The notes beneath the pieces were generated by a model. The model did no database searches, was not told the origin of the DNA, and saw only the letters and a list, made by a program, of their open reading frames with translations. Below, piece after piece: positions 10,074 through 18,479 of a DNA stretch of 64,000 nucleotides (the stretch's first letter is position 1; every line of letters begins with the position of its first letter). Origin of the DNA: Parcubacteria group bacterium (lineage in GTDB: Bacteria; Patescibacteriota; Minisyncoccia; Phycocordibacterales; WO2-35-19). The stretch spans positions 110,897-174,896 of the forward strand of contig JAAZAU010000012.1 of NCBI GenBank assembly GCA_012514175.1, read 5' to 3'. The position numbers were made by a program, and so were the translations under genes.

Positions 10074-11168
10074 ATGGCAAAAAACTACTATGAAATTTTG
10101 GGTGTGGACAAAACGGCTTCAAAAGACGAAATAAAAAAGGCTTTTAGGAAATTAGCGCACAAATACCACCCCGACAAAAAAGACGGTGATGCGGACAAAT
10201 TTAAAGAAATAAACGAAGCTTACACCGTGCTTTCAGATGATCAAAAAAGACAGCAATACGACACCTTCGGACAAAGCTTTGCGGGTGGTCAAGGTGGTGG
10301 TTTTACTGGCAATTGGGAAGACATAATGAGACAGTCTGGTTTTGATTTTTCAGGTTTTACAAATCAAGGAGGGTTTTCCGCTGAAGGTTTTGATTTAGGA
10401 GATATTTTTGGAGAATTTTTTGGTGGTGGTCGTAGAAGCGGTAGAGTTAAGAGAGGCAGAGACATTTCCATAGATATTGAACTTTCCTTTGAAGAATCAA
10501 TTTTTGGAATAGAAAAAGCTATCTTGCTGAACAAAGTTTCAGTTTGTCAAACTTGTGAAGGATCTGGCGCCAAAAAAGGCACCGAGATGAAAACCTGCGA
10601 AACTTGTAACGGCAGGGGCACCATAAGAGAACTGAAAAGGTCTATCTTTGGTTCAATTGAAATGACACGCGCTTGCGAAACTTGTAGTGGCACCGGCAAA
10701 ACACCAAAAGAAAAATGTCCGATTTGCGCCGGTCTTGGTGTTTTCAAAAAAGAAGAAGAAATTAAAATAAAAATCCCAGCTGGTATAGAACATGGAGAGA
10801 TGGTCAAACTCGCTGGCGCAGGTGAAGCGATTAAAGGTGGAGCTTCTGGTGACCTTTACATAAAAATTCACGTTAAAAACCACAAAATTTTTCGCAAAGC
10901 AGGCAATGATTTAATAATGAATCTAGAAATTAAGCTTTCAGACGCACTCCTGGGCGCTAAAATAGATGTTCAAACCCTAGACGGACTTTCCACATTAGAT
11001 ATACCAGAAGGCACCAGTAATGGCGATATTTTACGAATTAAAGGTAAAGGTGTCCCACAAGGCAGGAGTCGGGGGGATATTTTGGTTAACGTAAAGGTAA
11101 TAATGCCTAAAAAACTTTCCAAATCTGCTCGCGAATCTATCCAAAAACTCAAAGAAGAAGGAATATAA
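10074..11168 (+). CDS. dnaJ: molecular chaperone DnaJ
   Basis: 364 aa with J domain (HPD in KYHPDK), G/F-rich linker and four CxxCxGxG zinc-finger repeats. Confidence 0.95.
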   Translation: MAKNYYEILGVDKTASKDEIKKAFRKLAHKYHPDKKDGDADKFKEINEAYTVLSDDQKRQQYDTFGQSFAGGQGGGFTGNWEDIMRQSGFDFSGFTNQGGFSAEGFDLGDIFGEFFGGGRRSGRVKRGRDISIDIELSFEESIFGIEKAILLNKVSVCQTCEGSGAKKGTEMKTCETCNGRGTIRELKRSIFGSIEMTRACETCSGTGKTPKEKCPICAGLGVFKKEEEIKIKIPAGIEHGEMVKLAGAGEAIKGGASGDLYIKIHVKNHKIFRKAGNDLIMNLEIKLSDALLGAKIDVQTLDGLSTLDIPEGTSNGDILRIKGKGVPQGRSRGDILVNVKVIMPKKLSKSARESIQKLKEEGI

Positions 11169-11305
11169 ATTAAAATAACAATATTATTCCCGTTTTTTCC
11201 GCTCAAGCCTTTAAATAAGTGATGTATGGACTTTTTTGTTTAAATACTGTATACTTATAAAACAGTCTAAAAAACACAGAAAGACAACGTAATTTTGAGC
11301 AAGTT

Positions 11306-12010
11306 ATGGCAATAAAATACAATTACTTTACCCCGCTGATAATGCAAAAAATTAGTTATTGCTTATTTTGGCCATTGTATAAAGTCTTTGCCAGATTAAA
11401 AATTACCGGAAGAGAAAATTTAATAGGTTTGAGGGGTCCGGTTATCTTAGCCTCAAACCACACTAGTGAATTAGATGTAACGGCACTGCCTATGGTACTG
11501 CCGTTTTTTTCTTCTCTTTCGCCAATATATTTCATTTCAAACGCTACTAAAAAATACAGAGAGAACAAAAAATTTGGTTGGAGAAGACATATTTATGGAG
11601 GTCTTTTCTTTAAAGTTCTCGGCGGTTTTTCAAGCAATTCTGGATTCAAAGATTACGCCACAGCTTTAAAAAATCACGTTGAATTACTTACAAAGGGTCA
11701 CACTCTTTGCATATTTCCAGAAGGCAAATGCACCCTTGATGGCAACATCGGTTTAGCGCGCGGAGGTTTGGGTTATTTGGTTCACACAACTCGGGCAACC
11801 GTTGTGCCCATCGCCATAAATACATTTTTTAAATTTTCTTTTAAAGATTTCCTTTTCAGAAAAAGAAAAATTTCAATTACTGTCGGCAAACCTCTTCAAG
11901 CTGAAGACATCGTTCTCCGCGGAGTTACAAACCCCGATGTAGAAGAATATCGCTTTATGGCCAATACTGTTTTGAATAAAATTAAAGAAATAATGAATCA
12001 AAAATTATGA
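11306..12010 (+). CDS. 1-acyl-sn-glycerol-3-phosphate acyltransferase-like (PlsC family)
   Basis: 234 aa with the acyltransferase HxxxxD motif (NHTSELD) and FPEG motif. Confidence 0.75.
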   Translation: MAIKYNYFTPLIMQKISYCLFWPLYKVFARLKITGRENLIGLRGPVILASNHTSELDVTALPMVLPFFSSLSPIYFISNATKKYRENKKFGWRRHIYGGLFFKVLGGFSSNSGFKDYATALKNHVELLTKGHTLCIFPEGKCTLDGNIGLARGGLGYLVHTTRATVVPIAINTFFKFSFKDFLFRKRKISITVGKPLQAEDIVLRGVTNPDVEEYRFMANTVLNKIKEIMNQKL

Positions 12011-12063
12011 CATCCTCATCGCAGAAAAGCGATATTTCAACCTCATCTGAAAAAGAAAAGGGT

Positions 12064-12513
12064 TTATAAAAGCTTTTTTATCTTGTCCAGCGAAGAATGA
12101 ACGGCTTGTATTTCTTCGATCACGCTATCTTTTCCTTTTGACAGACCCGAATGAAGTGCAAAGATAGAATCTCTTAATTCATCAGCTAGTCTTTTTCCGT
12201 CATCAATGTTACAAGTCTCTAAAAGTTCGGCCAAAAGACCGTTAGTGGAAACGTTTAAGTCGGGTTTATTTTGGTTGGTTAGAAGCATATCTTCAACTCC
12301 AAAAATAAAATCAGCATCCTCAATAAATTCAGCAAAAGGCAATTCTTCCCTTAATCTTTCTTCTGGTAAGTTAATTACCAATTCCAGCTCGGAGATAAAA
12401 GAGAGTAGTGTTTTTTTAATTTCACTTACCTGCTCTTTTTCTTTTGTGTGCGCTAATTCGTAACCGATTTTTTTGTAATTCATAGTTAGATTATATAAAG
12501 ATAGGTGACACAA
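12064..12513 (-). CDS. hypothetical acidic helical protein; true start probably the ATG at 12483
   Basis: The track ORF begins at a TTG. The first ATG (MNYKKIGYELAH...) lies at 12483..12481 and is preceded by a TATAAT 6 nt upstream, suggesting a leaderless transcript. No family recognised. Contains LPFAEFIEDADF, a weak resemblance to graspetide leader motifs. Confidence 0.5.
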   Translation of the reverse strand: MCHLSLYNLTMNYKKIGYELAHTKEKEQVSEIKKTLLSFISELELVINLPEERLREELPFAEFIEDADFIFGVEDMLLTNQNKPDLNVSTNGLLAELLETCNIDDGKRLADELRDSIFALHSGLSKGKDSVIEEIQAVHSSLDKIKKLL

Positions 12514-12689
12514 AACAAATCTGTGTCACCTATAAAACCTTGTCAACTTTTGGAGGATAGAATCCATGGTTTCTTCAGATATACTATTATACAGCAATAT
12601 GAATTACAAAAATAAGGCGCACGAGAATATAAAAATTTTTGAAGAAATTATTGGAAAAACTTTTTTCTATAAAAATTGAATATTTTTTC

Positions 12690-12788
12690 ATGAAAATTTT
12701 TGTTACAGGAGGAACAGGTTTTATTGGTAGACGACTCGTAGATCGTCTTTCTAAAAATAAAAACAATCAAGTTTTTATTCAAAAATAA
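12690..12788 (+). pseudogene. remnant of an NAD-dependent epimerase/dehydratase N-terminus
   Basis: 32-codon ORF MKIFVTGGTGFIGRRLVDRLSKNKNNQVFIQK* carries the Rossmann GxxGxxG start of an SDR-type epimerase and then stops. No downstream continuation in any frame. Confidence 0.55.
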
Positions 12789-12807
12789 AAAGGATATTTT
12801 AGCCCTA

Positions 12808-12847
12808 ATGATAAAAAGTCCTCGCTCTCTTTGTTAGAGCGAGGACT
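12808..12847 (-). terminator. rho-independent terminator of the ATP-grasp gene
   Basis: GTCCTCGCTCT-CTTTGTT-AGAGCGAGGAC perfect 11-bp stem, followed on the minus strand by TTTTTAT. Confidence 0.75.
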
Positions 12848-12862
12848 TGAGGTGTTGTATCC

Positions 12863-13810
12863 TCACAAATTTTTTTTGAAATATTCGACAATTGAATCAC
12901 GGATTGAGCCGTCATAGAGATAGTCGACCCACCACCATGCACCACAAGTGTTTATCTCAAGAAAATAAAGGTTGCCCTCGCTGTCTTCCATAAAATCTGC
13001 TGAACAATATTCAATAGATAATCTCTTCATGAGAATACGAAGTTGGCTTGTTGTCTTGTCATCAAAGTCGCAAGGTTTGAATGACACTCCTGTCGATCCA
13101 CACCTTCGGATGTCCTCAAGCTGCTGTTCGTTTGGTTCACAACAAGCTGCAAAAACATCATCTCCAACAACTACAACACGGTAGTCTTTTTTACGAACTC
13201 GATACTCTTGATATATAACCGGGCAAAATTGAAGATCGGCATCTTTTTTCAGCCAATCTTCCGGGACAATTTTAGTGTATGCCGCCATGGTTTCTCCTGG
13301 TAAAACAACCCAGGGGGTTGCCAGATTTTTGGCGACCGTTAGGTTTTTTTCTGAAAATGCCCTAATGTCTTTTGGTGTATTGGATATCAACGTAATTGGT
13401 ATCTTTAGTCCAGCCGATTTTGCATACATAAGCTGAAGTGGTTTGTTTGCGGCATAGATTATGTTTTTTGGGCTGTTTAGCCACGGCACACCAAGCAAAT
13501 CAAATATCGCAAACTGCGCAGCCCAAAGACTTCTACGTTGCAGATTTTCTCCGACAGAAGATTTTTGGTTCAAATACGGAGGAAGCTGTTGGCACCAACC
13601 GATTCCAATATGAGAACAGTTTATCTCCCGCCCATCGCAGAAAAGCGATATTTCAGTCTTATCACCATCAATAGCTAGAGAAACCTCAGATGCGTTTTCT
13701 TCCGCATCACAATTGAAACGGAATACAGGTACGCCATCCTGGCGAAGAGCATCAATCACAGTGTCGGCTTCAAAACCACGCTGGTGCGTTACGATCAAAA
13801 CGGTTTTCAT
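12863..13810 (-). CDS. ATP-grasp ligase of the microviridin/graspetide maturase family (MdnC/MvdD-like)
   Basis: 315 aa. N-terminus MKTVLIVTHQRG...VFRFNCD parallels MdnC MTVLIVTFSRD...AFRFDTD. Conserved LQFCP and YFLEIN motifs of RiPP ATP-grasp macrocyclases. AAGGAAGG SD 6 nt upstream. Confidence 0.85.
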   Translation of the reverse strand: MKTVLIVTHQRGFEADTVIDALRQDGVPVFRFNCDAEENASEVSLAIDGDKTEISLFCDGREINCSHIGIGWCQQLPPYLNQKSSVGENLQRRSLWAAQFAIFDLLGVPWLNSPKNIIYAANKPLQLMYAKSAGLKIPITLISNTPKDIRAFSEKNLTVAKNLATPWVVLPGETMAAYTKIVPEDWLKKDADLQFCPVIYQEYRVRKKDYRVVVVGDDVFAACCEPNEQQLEDIRRCGSTGVSFKPCDFDDKTTSQLRILMKRLSIEYCSADFMEDSEGNLYFLEINTCGAWWWVDYLYDGSIRDSIVEYFKKNL

Positions 13811-13880
13811 TGGAACCTTCCTTTCTTTTTATAAAGAACGAGTTTGACTGCTTTCTTAATAATATGATATAATGGTCACT

Positions 13881-15713
13881 ATGTCAAATGAAAAAGAAAA
13901 ATGGATGCAGAGGTTTTATGACCCGACAATATTTTGTATAAATCCTGCACGTAGCACGCCACACAAAACCATTATGGTTTCCAATATTTCTGGAAAGTTC
14001 CAACTTCATTCTTATGATTTTATTACAGGATTTTCTCGCCAAATAACGAACAAGCCCCAAGGCGCGCTTTTTGGTTCTATCTCTCCAGACGGAAAGTTCA
14101 TCTATTACTTAAATGATGGTCACGGTAGTGAACATGGTCATTTTGTGCGTGTGCCTTTTGTTGGTGGACGTGCAATAGACATAACTCCGTCTCTCCCGCT
14201 TTATTATTCATACGAAGTTAGTGTAAATAATGCCTGTAACCTATTATGTTTCCATGCGTCAATAGAAGATAAAAACAAAGTATACATCGTGCCTTTTGAC
14301 ACGAAGGGGAAGCCTTTGTCGCCTTATCTTTTATACGAATCAAACAAATCTATCCAAGGATCAATAATGAGTCCAGATGGAAAGTTCACCTGTATTTCAT
14401 TGTTGTCCGGCAAAAGCATAACCTCTTCCGATATACTTGTATTTGATAACACAACACGTAAAATCGCTTATTCATTTCATAATATTAAAGGTTCGTTCTT
14501 TCCTTACGCTTTTTCTGAATATTCGTCTAAGCTGAAAGTGCTAGGTCTTTCAAATGGTTCAGGATTTTATCGCCCTATTTTATTTAATCTTAAAGAAAAA
14601 ACGTCTAAGGAAATAAATAACTCTGCACTTAAGGGCGATGTTTTTGTTTTAGGATGGATTGAAAAAGAAAGAAAAATGCTGATCTCTGATGTGCATCAAG
14701 CCCAACAGAGTTTGTTTCTTTATGATTTAGAGAAAAACATCGTCAAAAAAATCGGTCCAACTACTGGCACTTTTGATCTATTCTTTAACTCAGTCGCGGT
14801 ATTACCTGACTCATCTCTCCTTATAAAATGGCACTCTTTTGAATCTCCACCGAAAATTTTAAAACTAAAATCTCCTTCATACAAAAAAATAATTGACGTA
14901 TATACGCCTGTTCCGACGACTAAATCTAAATACATACACAAAAATGTAAAATTCCGTTCGTCAGATGGCAAAGAGGTGCAGATGTGGATTGTTCAGCCCA
15001 AGAAGAAGAAAAAAAGACCTTTTGTAATTGATATCCATGGCGGACCGCACGGGTTTGTCGGTGACGAATTTTCTCCAAAAACTCAAGCATGGCTAGATAA
15101 AGGTTTTGGATATTGCGCCGTAAATTACAGGGGTTCAATAGGGTTTGGAAAAGAATTTATGGAGGGCATATATGGCAATCCTGGAACGTGGGAAGTTGAG
15201 GATGTTGTAGCTGCCCGTAATTGGCTTGTTAAAAAAGGGCTGGCGGATTCAAAGAAGATTATTCTCTCCGGTTGGTCTTGGGGAGGCTACATAGTGCTCC
15301 TTGCTCTTGGTAAGTATCCGAATTTATGGGCTGGGGGGATAGCAGGGACACCTATTGCAGATTGTGTTCTCCAATATGAAGATGAGCCAGCATATTTTCA
15401 AGCAATTGACAGAAAGAGATTTGGAGGTACGCCAGCTCAGAAACCAAAAATATACAAGAACAGTTCTCCAACAACTTACGCCAAAAACTTCCAAGCCCCC
15501 GTTCTTATTCTGTATGGGGAAAATGATGTCCGTTGTCCGCCGAGACAAATTAAACATTTTGAGAAAATACTCAGAAAAGCGAACAAGCGCATCATTGTTA
15601 ATAAATTTTCCTCAGGTCATGCCGGTGAATTTGCTAATACTAAAATCCGTATTGCCAATACGAAAAAAGCTCTTGATTTCGCTGTTAACACAATAAAAGA
15701 AGCCTCTACCTAA
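13881..15713 (+). CDS. S9 family serine peptidase (prolyl oligopeptidase / acylaminoacyl-peptidase type), cytoplasmic
   Basis: N-terminal beta-propeller region plus C-terminal alpha/beta hydrolase with GWSWGGY nucleophile elbow, ENDVRCP Asp and SSGHAG His. No signal peptide. A TTGACT-18-TATAAT promoter ends 7 nt before ATG 13881, so the transcript is probably leaderless. The track start 13872 overlaps the -10. Confidence 0.85.
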   Translation: MSNEKEKWMQRFYDPTIFCINPARSTPHKTIMVSNISGKFQLHSYDFITGFSRQITNKPQGALFGSISPDGKFIYYLNDGHGSEHGHFVRVPFVGGRAIDITPSLPLYYSYEVSVNNACNLLCFHASIEDKNKVYIVPFDTKGKPLSPYLLYESNKSIQGSIMSPDGKFTCISLLSGKSITSSDILVFDNTTRKIAYSFHNIKGSFFPYAFSEYSSKLKVLGLSNGSGFYRPILFNLKEKTSKEINNSALKGDVFVLGWIEKERKMLISDVHQAQQSLFLYDLEKNIVKKIGPTTGTFDLFFNSVAVLPDSSLLIKWHSFESPPKILKLKSPSYKKIIDVYTPVPTTKSKYIHKNVKFRSSDGKEVQMWIVQPKKKKKRPFVIDIHGGPHGFVGDEFSPKTQAWLDKGFGYCAVNYRGSIGFGKEFMEGIYGNPGTWEVEDVVAARNWLVKKGLADSKKIILSGWSWGGYIVLLALGKYPNLWAGGIAGTPIADCVLQYEDEPAYFQAIDRKRFGGTPAQKPKIYKNSSPTTYAKNFQAPVLILYGENDVRCPPRQIKHFEKILRKANKRIIVNKFSSGHAGEFANTKIRIANTKKALDFAVNTIKEAST

Positions 15714-15737
15714 AATAGATTTGATAGAGGCTTCAAA

Positions 15738-15754
15738 GGAAGAATTATTCTTCC
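15738..15754 (+). terminator. terminator-like hairpin after the S9 peptidase gene
   Basis: GGAAGAAT-T-ATTCTTCC hairpin followed by a T-rich stretch. Confidence 0.5.
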
Positions 15755-15971
15755 TGGTTGTGCTTGACCGGACTCATCACAATCGGCTTGCGGTGAGACC
15801 ATGTCTGAGTACTCGGTGTCATAGTTAAACTGGTTGACACGGCCTTAATTGTTGTCATCATACCACAACAATTTTGAGGAAATTACGCGGAGGATTTGGT
15901 TTATAAAAACTTTTTTTCTATCTTGTGATAATATAGATAAAAACGATGGATTTAAAAATTAATTAAAAATT

Positions 15972-16724
15972 ATGACCTCTCCACAATTAAAACAAAATAA
16001 TCCAAAAGAAAAAGAATGGAAAGAAAGCATTTTCCTACGACTTTCTTACTCCTTTCTCAAGGCCACTTTAGGCACATTAATCCGTTTAATTTGGGTAAAA
16101 AAAGTAGAGGGACTAGAAAATATCCCTAAAAAAGGTTCCGTAATAATTGCTTTTAACCACCAAAGTATTTTTGATTTTCTTTGTTTTATACCAATATTAC
16201 CGAGACATATTCATTATCTATCAGCTGAAAAATTTTTCTCACATCCTGTTTGGACCCCGCTCGTCAAAATGACTGGACAAATTAAGGTAGATCGCGTCAG
16301 TCGAGATAAGAGCATCTCACACCAAACTCTTTATAAATACCTAGCTAATAATAAAGTAATTGGTATTTACCCAGAGGGGACCCGATCGCCATTTGAGAAA
16401 GAAATGCTTTATGCTTTCACAGGTGTTGCTAAATATGCAATCAACGCACAAGTGCCGGTTATACCGGTTGGCATCAAGGGCACTTATGAAATTATGTCCC
16501 GACACGACAAAAAACCTAAATTTAAAAAACTAGCAACTTTTCACATTGGCAAACCAATAGATTTTACAAAATACCAAAGCGCAAACCTCAACAAAAAAGC
16601 TTACCGAGTTTTAACAGATAGAATTATGATGGAAATTTCAAAACTTTCGGGTAAAACTTACCCATATTACGGCAAGTTTAAAACTAAAAAACCCAAAAAA
16701 ACCACGGTTGAAACAAAGTGGTAA
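15972..16724 (+). CDS. 1-acyl-sn-glycerol-3-phosphate acyltransferase-like (PlsC family), second paralog
   Basis: 250 aa with HxxxxD (NHQSIFD) and YPEGTRS motifs. Only distantly related to the 11306..12010 paralog. Confidence 0.75.
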   Translation: MTSPQLKQNNPKEKEWKESIFLRLSYSFLKATLGTLIRLIWVKKVEGLENIPKKGSVIIAFNHQSIFDFLCFIPILPRHIHYLSAEKFFSHPVWTPLVKMTGQIKVDRVSRDKSISHQTLYKYLANNKVIGIYPEGTRSPFEKEMLYAFTGVAKYAINAQVPVIPVGIKGTYEIMSRHDKKPKFKKLATFHIGKPIDFTKYQSANLNKKAYRVLTDRIMMEISKLSGKTYPYYGKFKTKKPKKTTVETKW

Positions 16725-16750
16725 AATTTAAAATAATTTAAAATAATAAT

Positions 16751-17659
16751 ATGGAAAAATTTACAAACAGTACAGAACAACGAGAAGACAGTTTTGAAAA
16801 ACAATTTTCAAATAGAGAGACCATAGAAGTTTTAGACGGAAAAGTTGAAGTTGTTGACATAATACCGGAAAATTTAGAGAAGGAAATTCCCGTCTTATTT
16901 GCTTCAGGTTGGGGTAACACCATCAAAAGCTACAAGGACTCAATGAAAATAATGAGCGAAAAAGGTAGGCGAGTTTTAGGAGTAGAGCACGCCAGACAAG
17001 GTATAAGTGAAAATTCCTTAAAAAACGAACAAACAGACGAAACAAAAAAATACCCAATAGAAGAACTCAGAAAAGCATTTTCTATTTTAGCCGTAATAAA
17101 CAAAAAAAATATAGAAAAAATAGATGTTATTGCTCATTCTGAGGGAGCGATAAATACAGCTATCGCTGCTTCAATAGAACCAGAAAAATTCAGCAGAATC
17201 GTTTTCCTAAATCCAGCCGGAATGATTGGTAAAGATAATTTTTATACTCTTACCAAACGATATATTTCTAATAATCTAAAAGAAACTAAAAATAATTTAT
17301 TTCAACAAACGGATAAAACCAGAAAAAAACGCTTCGCAAATTTTGCCAAAGAACAAATTACTTATATCATCAAAAACGTCATCAGAGCAAACAATGAATC
17401 TAAAGCCATATCAGAAACAGATGTAAGAGATTTATTAAAAGAGTTAAAGGGGTTAGGAATAAAAATTATAGTTGTAGCTGGTGTAGATGATGCCTTATAT
17501 CCAATAGAGAAAATAAATGCACACACCAAAGCAGAAGGTGTTGATGGTTTTCTTTCAGTTTTAGGTGGACATATAGAAATGAGTATGCAACCCGAAAAAT
17601 TTGTCCCCGCTATTGATTCTCTGCTCTCTAAAGAGGAAATCAACCGAGATTCTAACTAG
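16751..17659 (+). CDS. alpha/beta-fold hydrolase
   Basis: 302 aa with nucleophile elbow IAHSEGA (GxSxG-type) and an abhydrolase-like layout. Confidence 0.7.
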   Translation: MEKFTNSTEQREDSFEKQFSNRETIEVLDGKVEVVDIIPENLEKEIPVLFASGWGNTIKSYKDSMKIMSEKGRRVLGVEHARQGISENSLKNEQTDETKKYPIEELRKAFSILAVINKKNIEKIDVIAHSEGAINTAIAASIEPEKFSRIVFLNPAGMIGKDNFYTLTKRYISNNLKETKNNLFQQTDKTRKKRFANFAKEQITYIIKNVIRANNESKAISETDVRDLLKELKGLGIKIIVVAGVDDALYPIEKINAHTKAEGVDGFLSVLGGHIEMSMQPEKFVPAIDSLLSKEEINRDSN

Positions 17660-17819
17660 ATAATACTGTTTGTGGTATAATACTTATAAACAAATTAATT
17701 ATAATTTTAAAAGAATAAAATTAAACAACCAAAATAACAAAAATAGTTTTTGTTATTTTTAAAACTGTTTTTAGGTACATTTATTTGTTCAATTTAAGCA
17801 AGAGTGGTATAATACTTTT

Positions 17820-18479
17820 ATGAACGAACTAGTTATTTTTGATGTAGATGGAACTATTTTAAAAGGACAGAGTCAAAAATTGTTTCTAAACTACATGTTT
17901 AAAGAAAAGTACATTTCTTTATTTGGATTTATAAAACTGAATCTCTGGTTTATTTTTTATAAGTTAGATTTTATAAAAAATCCCTTACCCGCAATAAATT
18001 ATGCTTACAGTTTTTTGAAAGGTAAAAGCATTTCTGAAATAGAAAATTTGATAAATAATTTTTTCAATTCGATTTTAAAAAAATATATTTTTAAAGAAGT
18101 AATTGAGATCATAAATGACCATTTAAAAAATGGAAGAAAAGTTATCTTAGTATCAAATTCAGTTGATATTTTAATAAAAAAAATAGCTGAATATTTAAAC
18201 GTTTCTGATTTTATATCTACTAAATTAGAAGTTCAAAACGATAGATACACAGGAAAAATAATCGGAAGCATGATGTATGGTGAAAATAAAATTAAAGCCG
18301 TAGAACAATATGCGCAAAAGAATAATATTTCATTAAATAATTCTTGGTCTTATGCAGATCACTATTCTGACATACCTTTGTTATTGAAAACGACATATGT
18401 TTTTGTGGTTAACCCATCAAAAAAATTACAACAAATAGCTACAGAAAAAAATTGGCAAGTGTTACAATTTAACATATGA
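17820..18479 (+). CDS. HAD-IB family hydrolase (phosphoserine phosphatase-like)
   Basis: 219 aa with DxDGT motif I (VIFDVDGTILKG) and HAD-IB cap region. Preceded by a TGGTATAAT extended -10. Confidence 0.75.
   Translation: MNELVIFDVDGTILKGQSQKLFLNYMFKEKYISLFGFIKLNLWFIFYKLDFIKNPLPAINYAYSFLKGKSISEIENLINNFFNSILKKYIFKEVIEIINDHLKNGRKVILVSNSVDILIKKIAEYLNVSDFISTKLEVQNDRYTGKIIGSMMYGENKIKAVEQYAQKNNISLNNSWSYADHYSDIPLLLKTTYVFVVNPSKKLQQIATEKNWQVLQFNI

Noticed and set aside
12484-12513. Extended N-terminus MCHLSLYNLT of the 149-aa protein
   Set aside because: It starts at TTG and would place the start codon inside the 12-bp-arm palindrome. ATG 12483 with a TATAAT just upstream is more plausible.
15755-15971. 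Possible ncRNA in the 258-bp spacer before the second plsC paralog (GAGTACTC palindrome, TTGTTGT-catcatacc-ACAACAA hairpin)
   Set aside because: Only short isolated hairpins and no extended GC-rich architecture. More likely promoter or terminator clutter.
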